Source of the DNA: Candidatus Xianfuyuplasma coldseepsis | GTDB lineage: Bacteria > Bacillota_I > Bacilli_A > Izemoplasmatales > Izemoplasmataceae | DNA: 64,000 nt | Reading direction: 5' to 3' | NCBI RefSeq assembly: GCF_014023125.1 | Contig: NZ_CP048914.1 | Span: forward strand, 708,698-772,697 | Position numbers and translations under genes: made by a program | Part shown: piece after piece, positions 47,936-60,515 of the stretch | Layout of the letters: the number at the start of each line of letters is the position of its first letter | Position numbering within the stretch: the first letter of the stretch is position 1 | The notes under the pieces: model-generated | Databases searched by the model: none | What the model was told of the DNA's origin: nothing | What the model saw: the letters and a program-made list of their open reading frames with translations, nothing else

Positions 47936-48283
47936 TTATTCTTTTGTAACTATGGCAACGGCATAGTGCCGTGAGTGGGAAATACTAACGTGCAGTGTAT
48001 CTTCAGGATGATATGAACTAACAATATAGGGTGCACCAAATTCATCATTTACTATCGATACGTCGGTAAAATTGAGTGGCTCGTTAAACTGTTTATACAC
48101 CTTAGAGTAGGCTTCCTTTGCCGCAAAGCGTCCCATCAGATATTGAATTCGACGGTCTGTATTCTTAATCCGATGATACCTTTCTAGTTCTTGTTCACTT
48201 AATATCCGGTGGACGAAACGATCGCTCATACGTTCCTTAATCTCTTCCATCTCTACGATATCGATTCCAATGGCTTTACTCAT
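47936..48283 (-). CDS. acpS: Holo-[acyl-carrier-protein] synthase
   Basis: GIDIVEMEEI and HVSISHS motifs. Confidence 0.8.
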   Translation of the reverse strand: MSKAIGIDIVEMEEIKERMSDRFVHRILSEQELERYHRIKNTDRRIQYLMGRFAAKEAYSKVYKQFNEPLNFTDVSIVNDEFGAPYIVSSYHPEDTLHVSISHSRHYAVAIVTKE

Positions 48284-49217
48284 GTAAGTTCTCCATAATT
48301 TGGTCCGCGAGTTCGTTTATATTACGAAATCGATGGTTTAACGCAGATTTTGAAATGGATTTGTTAAAGAGATCATAACTATAATCCGCAAGTTCATTGA
48401 GCGATGACTCGGGATAGGTTTTACGTAACGTAATCGCTTCTTTCATACTGTTAGGTAGTTTAGTGATGTCCGTCATATTTTCTAAGACACTAATACTTCG
48501 AAGTTGTTTATCTGCCGCTTCTAATGTTTTATTCTGATTGGCAATATCCATGTTCATTACTCGAGTAATCGAATTGACAAAATCCCGTTTTATTCGTTCA
48601 TCTTCATATACAAACAGAGCATTCATTGCCCCAACAACACGGAGAAAGTCGGCAATTTTTTCCGATTCTTTAATGTAGGATATAAAACCTCGTTTACGTT
48701 TTAAGCTTTTGGCATTTAAGTGATAATAATTGAGTAAATCTGTAACCGCAGTAACATCTTCTTCGCTGTAAGAATGAATCTCCAAATGGTAACTACTGGA
48801 TTTTGGTGAGTTGATGGATCCACTGGCTAAGAATGCTCCACGTAAAAAACTACGTTTACAACATTCCTTTACCATGAGTGGTTCGTCAATAATCGCTTCT
48901 TGATTATTCATTAACGATAGTTCATTGATAATTTTATTCGCTTCTTGTTTCATTCGCACAATGTACATGTCGTGCTTGTACAACTTCATTTGCTTCTTCG
49001 ATACAACTTCTACATCGATCTTGTATAACTCCTTAACACTAGAAATCACACGGCGAGCAATCTTTAAGTTGGTTGTATGAAACTCTACCGATAGACCATT
49101 GCTGGATATGTGGATATCCCCGTTAATGCGTAAAAGAGCGGATAATTCTGCTAAAACACAGCAATTATCTGCCTTGACACTCAACAATTCACTTTTAACA
49201 TCAGCTGCAAAACTCAT
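48276..49217 (-). CDS. whiA: DNA-binding protein WhiA
   Basis: The MSFAADVKSEL N-terminus and a C-terminal HTH. Start set at the internal ATG, since the track ORF is extended upstream. Confidence 0.75.
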   Translation of the reverse strand: MSFAADVKSELLSVKADNCCVLAELSALLRINGDIHISSNGLSVEFHTTNLKIARRVISSVKELYKIDVEVVSKKQMKLYKHDMYIVRMKQEANKIINELSLMNNQEAIIDEPLMVKECCKRSFLRGAFLASGSINSPKSSSYHLEIHSYSEEDVTAVTDLLNYYHLNAKSLKRKRGFISYIKESEKIADFLRVVGAMNALFVYEDERIKRDFVNSITRVMNMDIANQNKTLEAADKQLRSISVLENMTDITKLPNSMKEAITLRKTYPESSLNELADYSYDLFNKSISKSALNHRFRNINELADQIMENLHE

Positions 49218-49283
49218 ATCATCACCAATCCTACCAAAATTATAACATGACGGTAAAAAAAAGAATAGGCACAAGTCCTATTC

Positions 49284-50222
49284 TTACCAAACTTTATTCG
49301 ATTTACCTAAGTATTTACCAACTTGGATTGCAGCAATGCTTCCATCGTTTGCAGCGGTAATGATTTGGCGTAATTCTTTATCGACAACATCACCAATGGC
49401 ATAAATACCAGGTACTTTTGTTGCCATGTTTTCATCCACTTCAATGTATCCCCATTTATTGGTGATACCCAAATCTTTTACAAAGTCTGTTTTTGGAATT
49501 TGGCCAATAAAGACGAATGCACCTTGAACAGCGATGTCTTGTTCTTCTTTGGTTTCAACATTTCGTACTGTAACACTTTCCATTTTATCCGTACCGTTGA
49601 AGGATACTACTTCGTATCCAAGTAAGAAGTCTGCTTTACCAGTTTCTTTTAACTCATCAATAGCTACAGCATCCGCTTGCAAAGTCGGTAAGATGTTGAC
49701 AACGGTTATGTGGTTTACTGTTTTTGCAAGAAACGCAGCTTCTTCAATAGCACTGTTTCCTCCACCAACAACGACGATATCCAAATCTTTAAAGAAGGCA
49801 CCGTCACACACTGCACACCAACTAACACCTTTTCCGGATAATTCGGATTCACCAGGGGCGTTTGTACTGCGTGGTATGGTTCCTGTACCGATAATCACAG
49901 CTGCTGTTTGATACACTTCACCAGATGCGGTGTGAACTTCCTTATAGTCACCTTTGTCAACGACGTTGACAACGTCACCGTAACGATATTCGACACCGAG
50001 TTCTTGTGTATGATTAAACATTTTTTCACTTAACTCAAATCCAGAAATGTTTCCAAATCCTGTATAGTTTTCAATTTCCCAAGTGGTCATCATTTTCCCA
50101 CCAGGAGCGGCTTTTTCCAACATCAACGTTTTCAAACTAGAACGTTGTGTATAAATTGCAGCAGTCATCCCTCCGGGACCTGCACCGATAATAATAACAT
50201 CAAATTTTTCCATCATTTTCAC
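49284..50222 (-). CDS. trxB: Thioredoxin-disulfide reductase
   Basis: GAGPGG FAD motif, CAVCDG redox site, and an NADPH GGGNSA motif. Confidence 0.9.
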   Translation of the reverse strand: MKMMEKFDVIIIGAGPGGMTAAIYTQRSSLKTLMLEKAAPGGKMMTTWEIENYTGFGNISGFELSEKMFNHTQELGVEYRYGDVVNVVDKGDYKEVHTASGEVYQTAAVIIGTGTIPRSTNAPGESELSGKGVSWCAVCDGAFFKDLDIVVVGGGNSAIEEAAFLAKTVNHITVVNILPTLQADAVAIDELKETGKADFLLGYEVVSFNGTDKMESVTVRNVETKEEQDIAVQGAFVFIGQIPKTDFVKDLGITNKWGYIEVDENMATKVPGIYAIGDVVDKELRQIITAANDGSIAAIQVGKYLGKSNKVW

Positions 50223-50234
50223 CTCGATTATTTA

Positions 50235-51233
50235 TTATACTCCTTCTACTTCATTTTGTTCAGCGTTTTGCTCAGCGACCTCAGCTAAGACCTCGTAATA
50301 CTTTTTCTGTGGCCATATTGTACGCGTTAATGCGAGCAACGCAATTCCACCAGCAATCATCACAAGACTGATGACTTGTGCTGTTCGGATATTGGTATCG
50401 CCGATGTACAAACTATCTGTCCGCATACCTTCAATAAAGTAACGACCAACACTATACCAAATCAAATATACCGGTAATAAGTCCCCACGAGTTAAGATCT
50501 TTGTTCGTCGTAATATCAACATGATGATGAATCCAACCACATTCCACATACTTTCATAGAAGAATGTTGGATGATAGTAATTTACGCGTACCATTTCGCC
50601 AAACATATCTTCTACAAGATATCCTGGGTCTCCCGGTTCAATCTCAATCAACATTTGATTGGTGATAAAATCAGGTAGTTTTAAGGTACCAGATAAAAAC
50701 TCCCGTTGTTCATCAAGCGACAACGCTGGCGCTCCATCGGTTGTTCCACCAATAATGCCTCCATGTGCTTCTTGATTAAAGAAGTTCCCCCAACGCCCAA
50801 ATGCTTGAGCAATCAAGAATCCAGGTGCCATGATATCAAAAACACTAAAGATATTGATTCCGCGCTTCTTGGTATAGAAATAAGCACTAACAAAGGCGGT
50901 TATGAATCCTCCGTGTATGGCAAGTCCTCCATCGCGAATATTAAATACGTTGATGATTCCATCAACAAAACCGTATGTTTGGAAATAAGGCCAATATGAA
51001 TTGCCCCATTCAAATAGTACATACCATAAACGGGTTCCGACTATCGATAATGGAACGATGATTAAAACACCGTCCAAGATATGATCCGTTGAAATTCCTA
51101 GTTTATTCCCTTCTCGTATTCCTAGTAAGATGGCTGTCAGTAGACCCAGCATAATCATTAAACTATATTTCTGCCAGGAAAATGAATCAAAGAGTGTGAT
51201 AAACGTTGGGTCTATCGGATTAAATACATGCAT
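50235..51233 (-). CDS. lgt: Prolipoprotein diacylglyceryl transferase
   Basis: GRWGNFFNQEAHG signature. Confidence 0.85.
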   Translation of the reverse strand: MHVFNPIDPTFITLFDSFSWQKYSLMIMLGLLTAILLGIREGNKLGISTDHILDGVLIIVPLSIVGTRLWYVLFEWGNSYWPYFQTYGFVDGIINVFNIRDGGLAIHGGFITAFVSAYFYTKKRGINIFSVFDIMAPGFLIAQAFGRWGNFFNQEAHGGIIGGTTDGAPALSLDEQREFLSGTLKLPDFITNQMLIEIEPGDPGYLVEDMFGEMVRVNYYHPTFFYESMWNVVGFIIMLILRRTKILTRGDLLPVYLIWYSVGRYFIEGMRTDSLYIGDTNIRTAQVISLVMIAGGIALLALTRTIWPQKKYYEVLAEVAEQNAEQNEVEGV

Positions 51234-51244
51234 TGTAATGACCT

Positions 51245-52171
51245 CTATTCTGTTTGTTTCTGTTTTAAATATTCATCAAGTGCATCAGAAAACTCTTGTG
51301 CGGCATTTTCACCCAAAAATTTCAACCGGGCGTTTACCGATGCGGCTTCTACGAGGGAAGCGACATTCCGACCTTCTGATATGGGAATCTTTATATGTTC
51401 GACATCAGAATCAAAGAATCGAATCGTATGACTTTCCAATCCTAATCGATCATATTCTTGTTTGTAATCCCAGGGTTCCAAATCGATAACCAACATGATT
51501 TTCTTGTTTTCTTTGTAGGCCTTAGCGCCAAACATCTTCACCACATTGACAATACCGATACCGCGAATTTCCAAGTAACGGCGTAATAATTCAGGTGCTT
51601 CACCAACAATAACACCAATTTCTCGTTGATAGATATCAACACGATCATCAGCAACCAATTGATGCCCACGACGAACCAGTTCCAAGGCAACTTCACTTTT
51701 TCCTAACCCGCTTTTCCCACGAATTAATACACCGACACCACTAACATCTAACAGTGTACCATGTAAACTCTGACGGGGAGCAAGTTTCGCACTTAAATAT
51801 TGATATAAATTACTTAATAGTGCGGATGTCTTCTTGTTGCTTTTTACGATCGGAATCTGATACTCATTCCCTTTGCGAATAAACACTTCGGGAACCTCCG
51901 CATTATGAGAGAAGATAAACATGGGTGGTTGTGCTTGAAACAACATATCCACACGAATCTCTTGATCCTGATGGTTTAACCACCCAAAAAAGGCCACTTC
52001 TTTACTACCGAATACTTGAACACGATCGTGCTCATAGAAATCAAACAAACCCGCTAGTTCAATCCCTGGACGAGATACTTGTGGTTTTGTGATTTCACGT
52101 AGTAAGCCTTCACTACCACTGATTACAGCTAGTCGATGTTCTTCGACTACGGTTTGCACGGTTAAACCCAT
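51245..52171 (-). CDS. hprK: HPr kinase/phosphorylase
   Basis: Walker A GKSGLGKSE and an HprK C-terminal domain. Confidence 0.9.
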   Translation of the reverse strand: MGLTVQTVVEEHRLAVISGSEGLLREITKPQVSRPGIELAGLFDFYEHDRVQVFGSKEVAFFGWLNHQDQEIRVDMLFQAQPPMFIFSHNAEVPEVFIRKGNEYQIPIVKSNKKTSALLSNLYQYLSAKLAPRQSLHGTLLDVSGVGVLIRGKSGLGKSEVALELVRRGHQLVADDRVDIYQREIGVIVGEAPELLRRYLEIRGIGIVNVVKMFGAKAYKENKKIMLVIDLEPWDYKQEYDRLGLESHTIRFFDSDVEHIKIPISEGRNVASLVEAASVNARLKFLGENAAQEFSDALDEYLKQKQTE

Positions 52172-52175
52172 CCAA

Positions 52176-52718
52176 TCACCTCGATTCTACACGTCGTAAG
52201 AAACGACGCAAATATGTTCCAAAGAAATACCGTGTTAAGGTAAATATTAAGACAAAGAACGCAAGTAATGTCCCATTGACAAAGTTAAATGTCTTAATAA
52301 ATACATATTGATCTAATACAAAGAAAATCACAATATATCCGAAGAAGAAAATTGTACCAAAAGATTTCAATATTAATGAGAAATGCTTCATTAAAAGGTA
52401 CGTTCGATAGAACTCTTCCACGACACTATACAGTAGCATCAGTGCTACCATGTTTATAATATCACTATAGACGGCGAAATCAAAGATTTCGATCACGAAG
52501 AAGGCAAATGTAAAGTTCAAGATAAAACTAAATACAAAATTTATAATACGATTATGATGAAAAACCCCGCCAAATTCAATTGCGATAAATGGCCGACGAG
52601 GTCGTTTTTTAGGAGTTTTGTTTTGTTGCTTTTGAAGCTCTTCAAGTTTTTTAATCACTTCCCGAAGTTCTTCCAACTCCTCTTCATTTTGATTATTTTT
52701 TTCTGGTTCTTGATTCAT
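52176..52718 (-). CDS. Membrane protein with a charged coiled-coil N-terminus (YvlD / phage-holin-4_2-like)
   Basis: 3-4 TM helices. Position between uvrA and hprK, as in Bacillus-type genomes. Confidence 0.45.
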   Translation of the reverse strand: MNQEPEKNNQNEEELEELREVIKKLEELQKQQNKTPKKRPRRPFIAIEFGGVFHHNRIINFVFSFILNFTFAFFVIEIFDFAVYSDIINMVALMLLYSVVEEFYRTYLLMKHFSLILKSFGTIFFFGYIVIFFVLDQYVFIKTFNFVNGTLLAFFVLIFTLTRYFFGTYLRRFLRRVESR

Positions 52719-52722
52719 CCAA

Positions 52723-55533
52723 TCACCTCAGAACTTTTTTGAGGTATTCTCCCGTATAACTTTGTGGATTTGCGGCTACTTCTTCAGGGGTTCCTGTTGC
52801 AATAACTTCGCCACCCATGTCGCCACCTTCTGGTCCTAAATCAATAATATGATCGGCAACTTTTATGACATCGAGATTATGTTCTATTATAACAACTGTA
52901 GCGCCCATGTCAACGATATGTTGAATCACCTGCAACAGGCGTTTTACATCATCTGCATGCAATCCCGTTGTGGGTTCGTCTAGGATATATAGCGTGTTTT
53001 CCGTAATTCTCTTATGTAGCTCTTTAGCAAGTTTCACCCGTTGTGCCTCACCACCACTAAGCGTGGTTGCGGGTTGTCCCAGTTTTAAATACCCGAGTCC
53101 AACATTATTCAATGTTTCGAGTTTCCGTTTTGCTTTGGGGATATTCTTGAAGAATTCAACCGATTCCTCAATTGTCATATCTAACACGTCACTAATGTTT
53201 TTTCCTTTATATTTTACTTCTAATGTTTCACTATTATACCGTTTCCCATTACAAACTTCACAAGGTACATAGACATCTGGTAAGAAGTGCATTTCAATCT
53301 TAATTAATCCATCACCACTACAGGTTTCGCATCGTCCACCCTTCACATTGAAACTAAAACGTCCTTTTTTATATCCGCGCATTTTCGCCTCATTCGTCAT
53401 CGCAAAAATATCCCGAATATCATCAAATACCTTGGTATAGGTCGCTGGATTGCTTCGTGGGGTTCGTCCAATAGGTGATTGATCAATGTTGATTATTTTT
53501 TCAAACTGATCAATGTTCTTGATCGCATCAAAATCACCCTGTGGGATTTTTTTACGATAGATTATATTATGTAGCCCTTTGTATAAACATTCATTCACAA
53601 GACTTGATTTTCCACTTCCAGAAACGCCAGTAATGACATTCAATACGCCTTTGGGTATCTGAACATCAATATTCTTTAAGTTGTTCTGACGGGCACCAAG
53701 CAGTTCAATATATCCTCGTTCGTGAGATCGTCTTGTTTGTGGTACATCAATCTGCAATTGTTTTGAGAGGTATTTTCCTGTAATGCTCTTGGTATCTTTT
53801 AGGATTTCTTCGACGGTACCTTGGAATGTGACTTCACCACCATAAATACCAGCACCAGGACCAATATCAATGATTTGATCCGCTTCATACATGGTTTCCT
53901 CGTCGTGTTCTACAACGAGTAATGTATTTCCTAAATCCCGCATTTTCTTCAGCGTTGTGATTAGTTTATGGTTATCCCGTTGATGAAGTCCAATCGAAGG
54001 TTCATCTAGTACATACAGAACTCCAGTTAACTGAGACCCAATTTGAGTTGCCAACCGAATCCGTTGGCTCTCACCACCACTTAATGTGGCCGCTTGTCGT
54101 GATAACGTTAAGTAGTTCAGACCAACATTATCTAAGAAAGACAAACGCTCAATGACTTCTTTTAACGCCATTTCACTAATCTTTTGATCTTTATCCGATA
54201 GGGTTAATTGTTGAAAGAACTGAATAATTTCTTTCACAGCCATATCGGTTACTTCAATGATATCTCGTTGTCCTATTTTGACACTAAGAGCTTTATCGTT
54301 TAGTTTTTTACCTTGACATGTTGGACAGGGTACTTCTGCCATATAGTTTTCAATCCATTCACGCATAAATCGTGACGTTGTCTCGATATAACGCCGTTCT
54401 AGATTGTTGATAACGCCTTCATATTTAGCGACATTTTCGTGGCGATACCCACCTCTTCCATTGCCACCAAACTTGAAGTGAATTCGTTCTTTTGTCCCGT
54501 ATAAGAATAAATCCAGTTCCTTTTGCTTCATGGCCTTAACTGGTTGATTCAAATCCACACCATAATGTTTGGCAACCTGACGAATCATACTGAAGCCGTA
54601 TGTATCGGTATTTTGCCATCCTTTGATTGCCCCGTCTTCAATGGAAATTGTTTTATCGGGTATCAGTAAGTCTGGGTCGATTTTGCGACTATGGCCAAGT
54701 CCATGACAAGTAGGGCAAGCGCCGTATGGAGCGTTAAATGAAAATAAACGCGGTTCTAAGTCACCAATGCTAAAATCACAGTGGGGACAAGCGTAATGTT
54801 CACTAAAGACGTGTTCTTCATCATTGATGAGAACAAGAACTTTCCCTTCACCCTTTTTCGCAGCGGTTTCTAAACTATCGAACAATCGACTGCGAACACC
54901 TTCTTTTAGACGTAAGCGATCAACAACCACTTCAATCGTATGGCGTTTGTTCTTTTCCAAATTAATATCATCATCAAGATCATAAACTTCACCATTGACA
55001 CGAGCTCGTACATATCCTTCTTTACGAAGTTGATCCAATGTTTTGACGTGGGTTCCCTTTCGTTCTTTCACAAGGGGAGCTAATATAATGACTCGGCCCT
55101 CATTATATTCTAGAACTTTATCCGTCATTTCTTCAATCGATTGTCCTGTAATTTCAACACCATGAGTTGGGCAAATCGGGGTTCCAATTCGAGCAAATAA
55201 CAAGCGTAAATAATCGTAGATTTCGGTTACCGTTCCTACGGTAGAACGAGGGTTCTTCGATGTGGTCTTTTGATCGATGGAAATCGCTGGAGATAGCCCC
55301 TCAATGCTTTCAACATTGGGTTTCTCCATATTGCCTAAAAACTGACGGGCATACGCACTTAAACTCTCGACATAGCGTCGTTGCCCTTCTTTGTATATCG
55401 TATCAAAGGCCAGGGATGATTTCCCGCTCCCTGAAAGACCCGTCATCACGACGAACTTGTTTTTCGGGATGCGGATGTCCAAGTTTTTTAAGTTGTTTTC
55501 CTTGGCTCCTTTTACATAAATATCGTGTAACAT
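52723..55533 (-). CDS. uvrA: Excinuclease ABC subunit A
   Basis: 936 aa with two ABC ATPase modules ([20 protein letters not shown]) and zinc fingers. Confidence 0.95.
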   Translation of the reverse strand: MLHDIYVKGAKENNLKNLDIRIPKNKFVVMTGLSGSGKSSLAFDTIYKEGQRRYVESLSAYARQFLGNMEKPNVESIEGLSPAISIDQKTTSKNPRSTVGTVTEIYDYLRLLFARIGTPICPTHGVEITGQSIEEMTDKVLEYNEGRVIILAPLVKERKGTHVKTLDQLRKEGYVRARVNGEVYDLDDDINLEKNKRHTIEVVVDRLRLKEGVRSRLFDSLETAAKKGEGKVLVLINDEEHVFSEHYACPHCDFSIGDLEPRLFSFNAPYGACPTCHGLGHSRKIDPDLLIPDKTISIEDGAIKGWQNTDTYGFSMIRQVAKHYGVDLNQPVKAMKQKELDLFLYGTKERIHFKFGGNGRGGYRHENVAKYEGVINNLERRYIETTSRFMREWIENYMAEVPCPTCQGKKLNDKALSVKIGQRDIIEVTDMAVKEIIQFFQQLTLSDKDQKISEMALKEVIERLSFLDNVGLNYLTLSRQAATLSGGESQRIRLATQIGSQLTGVLYVLDEPSIGLHQRDNHKLITTLKKMRDLGNTLLVVEHDEETMYEADQIIDIGPGAGIYGGEVTFQGTVEEILKDTKSITGKYLSKQLQIDVPQTRRSHERGYIELLGARQNNLKNIDVQIPKGVLNVITGVSGSGKSSLVNECLYKGLHNIIYRKKIPQGDFDAIKNIDQFEKIINIDQSPIGRTPRSNPATYTKVFDDIRDIFAMTNEAKMRGYKKGRFSFNVKGGRCETCSGDGLIKIEMHFLPDVYVPCEVCNGKRYNSETLEVKYKGKNISDVLDMTIEESVEFFKNIPKAKRKLETLNNVGLGYLKLGQPATTLSGGEAQRVKLAKELHKRITENTLYILDEPTTGLHADDVKRLLQVIQHIVDMGATVVIIEHNLDVIKVADHIIDLGPEGGDMGGEVIATGTPEEVAANPQSYTGEYLKKVLR

Positions 55534-55541
55534 ATAATCAC

Positions 55542-57560
<2,019 letters not shown>

Positions 57561-59735
57561 TTACTTCTTCTTTGATATTGCAGGATGATCTTTTAGCAAT
57601 GTCTTTATGCCGTGGGGAACTTGAAATGCGATAACGCAATGATCCCCTGCAACCGATACGACAACACCATCACCAAATACTTTGTGGATAACCTTATCTC
57701 CTTTGTTCAAATCATTGGTATTATCTTTGGAAAGCAATGACTTCCGTTTTTGATCAATTTGTCGTTTATATTCCGGTCTTTGATAGACGCTATTTACATT
57801 TTTAGAGCGATTTACCGCGACACTATATCCTTCACGATGTAATAGTTCTGCGGGGATTTCTTCAATGAATACGCTATCGGCATTACGCAATGTTTCACCG
57901 TATGTTTGTCTGGTATCCGCGTTGGTGACAAACAATTTCTCTTTCGCTCGTGTAACACCAACATACATCAAGCGTCGCTCTTCTTCGAACTCAAATCGAT
58001 CACCAAATGTCCGAGATAATGGGAACATTCCCATTTCTAAAGCAACAATGAAAACCACTCGAAACTCCAGTCCTTTTGCGGAATGCAAGGTCATCAGAGT
58101 AACACCGTTTTCGACGTCTTCTTTCGTCTCCTCACTCTTCAAGGCAATGTCTTCTAAAATGTAAGTTAGCATCTCTTCTTTGGTTAAATCTTCATATATT
58201 TCGTTATTTTCGGCTAATATTGTCTTAAATTCGAGTAAATTCTCATAACGTACATCGCCTTTATCATCCAACTTCAACATGTCGATGTATCCTGTCTTAT
58301 CCAAGACATAGTCGACGAAATCTGTAAATGGGATGTCATCAAGTTGCGTTCTAAAATCAACCATCATGTCCATAAATGCTGTTATTTTATTACTCGCAGT
58401 TTTACCAAGAAAATCTGAGGATAGTCTTAATGCATCGCTAAATGCTAATCCATTATTCGCAGCATAATCTACGACTCGTTCAATGGTTACCGGTCCAATA
58501 CCACGGCGTGGTGCACTAACAGCACGAATAAAGCTAAAGGCATCATCGTTGTTTAAAATAAACCGAAGGTATGCGGTAAAATCTTTAATTTCCTTTCGTT
58601 TGAAGAAGCTTGTATTACCAAAAATACGATAGGGAATTTGTTTTTGCAGAAAAACATCTTCAAATGATCGAGACGTACTATTTGCCCGATACAGTATCGC
58701 AAAATCATTGTATTCATAGCCTTTACGCACCATATGTATGATTTTCATTGCGACATATTCAACTTCATCTCTTGCAGTAACCCCTTTGTAGTGGGTAATA
58801 GGCTCTCCTTTTCCTTTTTCAGAAAATAGGTTTTTCGGTATTCTTGTCGAGTTATTTTGAATGATATTATTCGCAGCATTCAATATATTGTTTGTACTAC
58901 GATAGTTTTGTTCTAGAAGGACAAGATAATAGTTCTTATAATCTCGTTTGAATTTATTGATGTTTTCTATGTTTGCCCCTCGGAAGGCATATATACTTTG
59001 ATCCTCATCACCAACAATGAAGATATTCTTGTTCTCATTTACGAGCAGTTTAATCAACTCATATTGAACATTGTTTGTATCTTGAAACTCATCCACAAGA
59101 ACGTAATGAAATTTATTATTGAAGTACGCTTTGACGTCTTGTTCTTGCTTTAACAGTTTAATTGTTAACAGAAGTAAGTCTTCAAAATCAACCAGATTAC
59201 TTTCGAATAAGTAGCTTTGGTACTTTTTGTATATAATCGCAACAACTTCATTAATTGGTGCTTCAATCGATTTGATGAAGTCTTCGTCAAACTTCATTTT
59301 AAGGACTAGATTGCGAATTATCTTCGGATTAAACAATTTCGTATCTATATTGCTTTTCTTCATCAAGTTCTTTACTAATTGATGGGTATCGTCATCATCG
59401 ATGATTTGAAAGTTGCGTTTGTAGCCTAATCGTTCAATATAATCTCGCAAAATGCGGGCACCCATTGAATGAAACGTACTAATCCACATGTCGTAAGTAT
59501 TAATTCCGAGAGCTTGTCGGACTCGTTGTTTCATTTCGTTTGCAGCTTTGTTTGTGAAGGTGATTGCAAGAATGTTTTGCGGGTTCACATTCTTCTCAAA
59601 GATTAAATAAGCGATTCTTTTCGTAAGAACGCTTGTTTTTCCGCTTCCAGCACCCGCTATAGCCATTACTGGCCCTTCGGTTTGAAGGACTGCTTCGCGC
59701 TGTTTTTCGTTCAATCCAATCAGTAAATCATTCAT
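57561..59735 (-). CDS. pcrA: ATP-dependent DNA helicase PcrA/UvrD
   Basis: GAGSGKT and DEFQDTN, with the overall SF1 layout. Confidence 0.9.
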   Translation of the reverse strand: MNDLLIGLNEKQREAVLQTEGPVMAIAGAGSGKTSVLTKRIAYLIFEKNVNPQNILAITFTNKAANEMKQRVRQALGINTYDMWISTFHSMGARILRDYIERLGYKRNFQIIDDDDTHQLVKNLMKKSNIDTKLFNPKIIRNLVLKMKFDEDFIKSIEAPINEVVAIIYKKYQSYLFESNLVDFEDLLLLTIKLLKQEQDVKAYFNNKFHYVLVDEFQDTNNVQYELIKLLVNENKNIFIVGDEDQSIYAFRGANIENINKFKRDYKNYYLVLLEQNYRSTNNILNAANNIIQNNSTRIPKNLFSEKGKGEPITHYKGVTARDEVEYVAMKIIHMVRKGYEYNDFAILYRANSTSRSFEDVFLQKQIPYRIFGNTSFFKRKEIKDFTAYLRFILNNDDAFSFIRAVSAPRRGIGPVTIERVVDYAANNGLAFSDALRLSSDFLGKTASNKITAFMDMMVDFRTQLDDIPFTDFVDYVLDKTGYIDMLKLDDKGDVRYENLLEFKTILAENNEIYEDLTKEEMLTYILEDIALKSEETKEDVENGVTLMTLHSAKGLEFRVVFIVALEMGMFPLSRTFGDRFEFEEERRLMYVGVTRAKEKLFVTNADTRQTYGETLRNADSVFIEEIPAELLHREGYSVAVNRSKNVNSVYQRPEYKRQIDQKRKSLLSKDNTNDLNKGDKVIHKVFGDGVVVSVAGDHCVIAFQVPHGIKTLLKDHPAISKKK

Positions 59736-59799
59736 GTTATCACCTATAAAAATTATATCAAAAAAAGCACTAAAATCATAGTGCTTTAACCCTTAAATT

Positions 59800-60117
59800 T
59801 TAATCAAATTGATATAAATATTTCTTCAAATCAACCCGTTTATTTTGTACCTCAATTCCTTCACTAATAAGCATGTTTGTTTGGACAAATCCACCTTCAC
59901 CAGTAAGTGAAATTCCTCCTTTTGAATTGATGACACGATGCCATGGTAGTTGATGAGATCCGCTCATAGAATTAAGTATTCTTGATACTTGTCTAGCTCC
60001 TCTGGGATTACCAGCAACTGCAGCAATTTGGCCATAGGTCATGACTTTACCATGGGGAATACTTTTAATAATATCCAACACTTGCTTTGTAAAATCTGTC
60101 ACTTTATCACCTCTCAC
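59800..60117 (-). CDS. atl: Alkyltransferase-like (ATL) protein: the MGMT DNA-binding fold with PWHRV replacing the catalytic PCHRV
   Basis: LPWHRVINSKG has Trp at the position of the MGMT active-site Cys. 105 aa. Confidence 0.65.
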   Translation of the reverse strand: MRGDKVTDFTKQVLDIIKSIPHGKVMTYGQIAAVAGNPRGARQVSRILNSMSGSHQLPWHRVINSKGGISLTGEGGFVQTNMLISEGIEVQNKRVDLKKYLYQFD

Positions 60118-60164
60118 CCAAATTATAGCATAAAAAAAGACCGTTTCCGGTCTTTTTCGTTACA

Positions 60165-60362
60165 TTATAAAGCTGTTACGTTTGCTGCTTGAGGACCTTT
60201 GTCTCCATCAACTACGTCGAATTGTACTTCTTCGTTTTCTTCTAATGTTTTGAATCCGTCTTTTTGGATTTGTGAGTAATGAACGAATAAGTCGCTTCCT
60301 TCTTCAGTTGTAATGAATCCGTAACCTTTTTCAGCGTTGAACCATTTAACTTTACCAGTCAT
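60165..60362 (-). CDS. csp: Cold-shock protein (CspA family)
   Basis: [15 protein letters not shown], with RNP motifs. Confidence 0.9.
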   Translation of the reverse strand: MTGKVKWFNAEKGYGFITTEEGSDLFVHYSQIQKDGFKTLEENEEVQFDVVDGDKGPQAANVTAL

Positions 60363-60515
60363 GTGTGTTACCTCCTTGTTTTTTTGTTGATTTCATACAA
60401 ATTGCATATTATTTCAAGGTAACACTGTTACTTTTCTTAATATTCCTTCATATTACGTCTACTCTATAATACTACATATTTTTAAAAATGCAAGAAAAAA
60501 GAAAAGGCAAAACAT

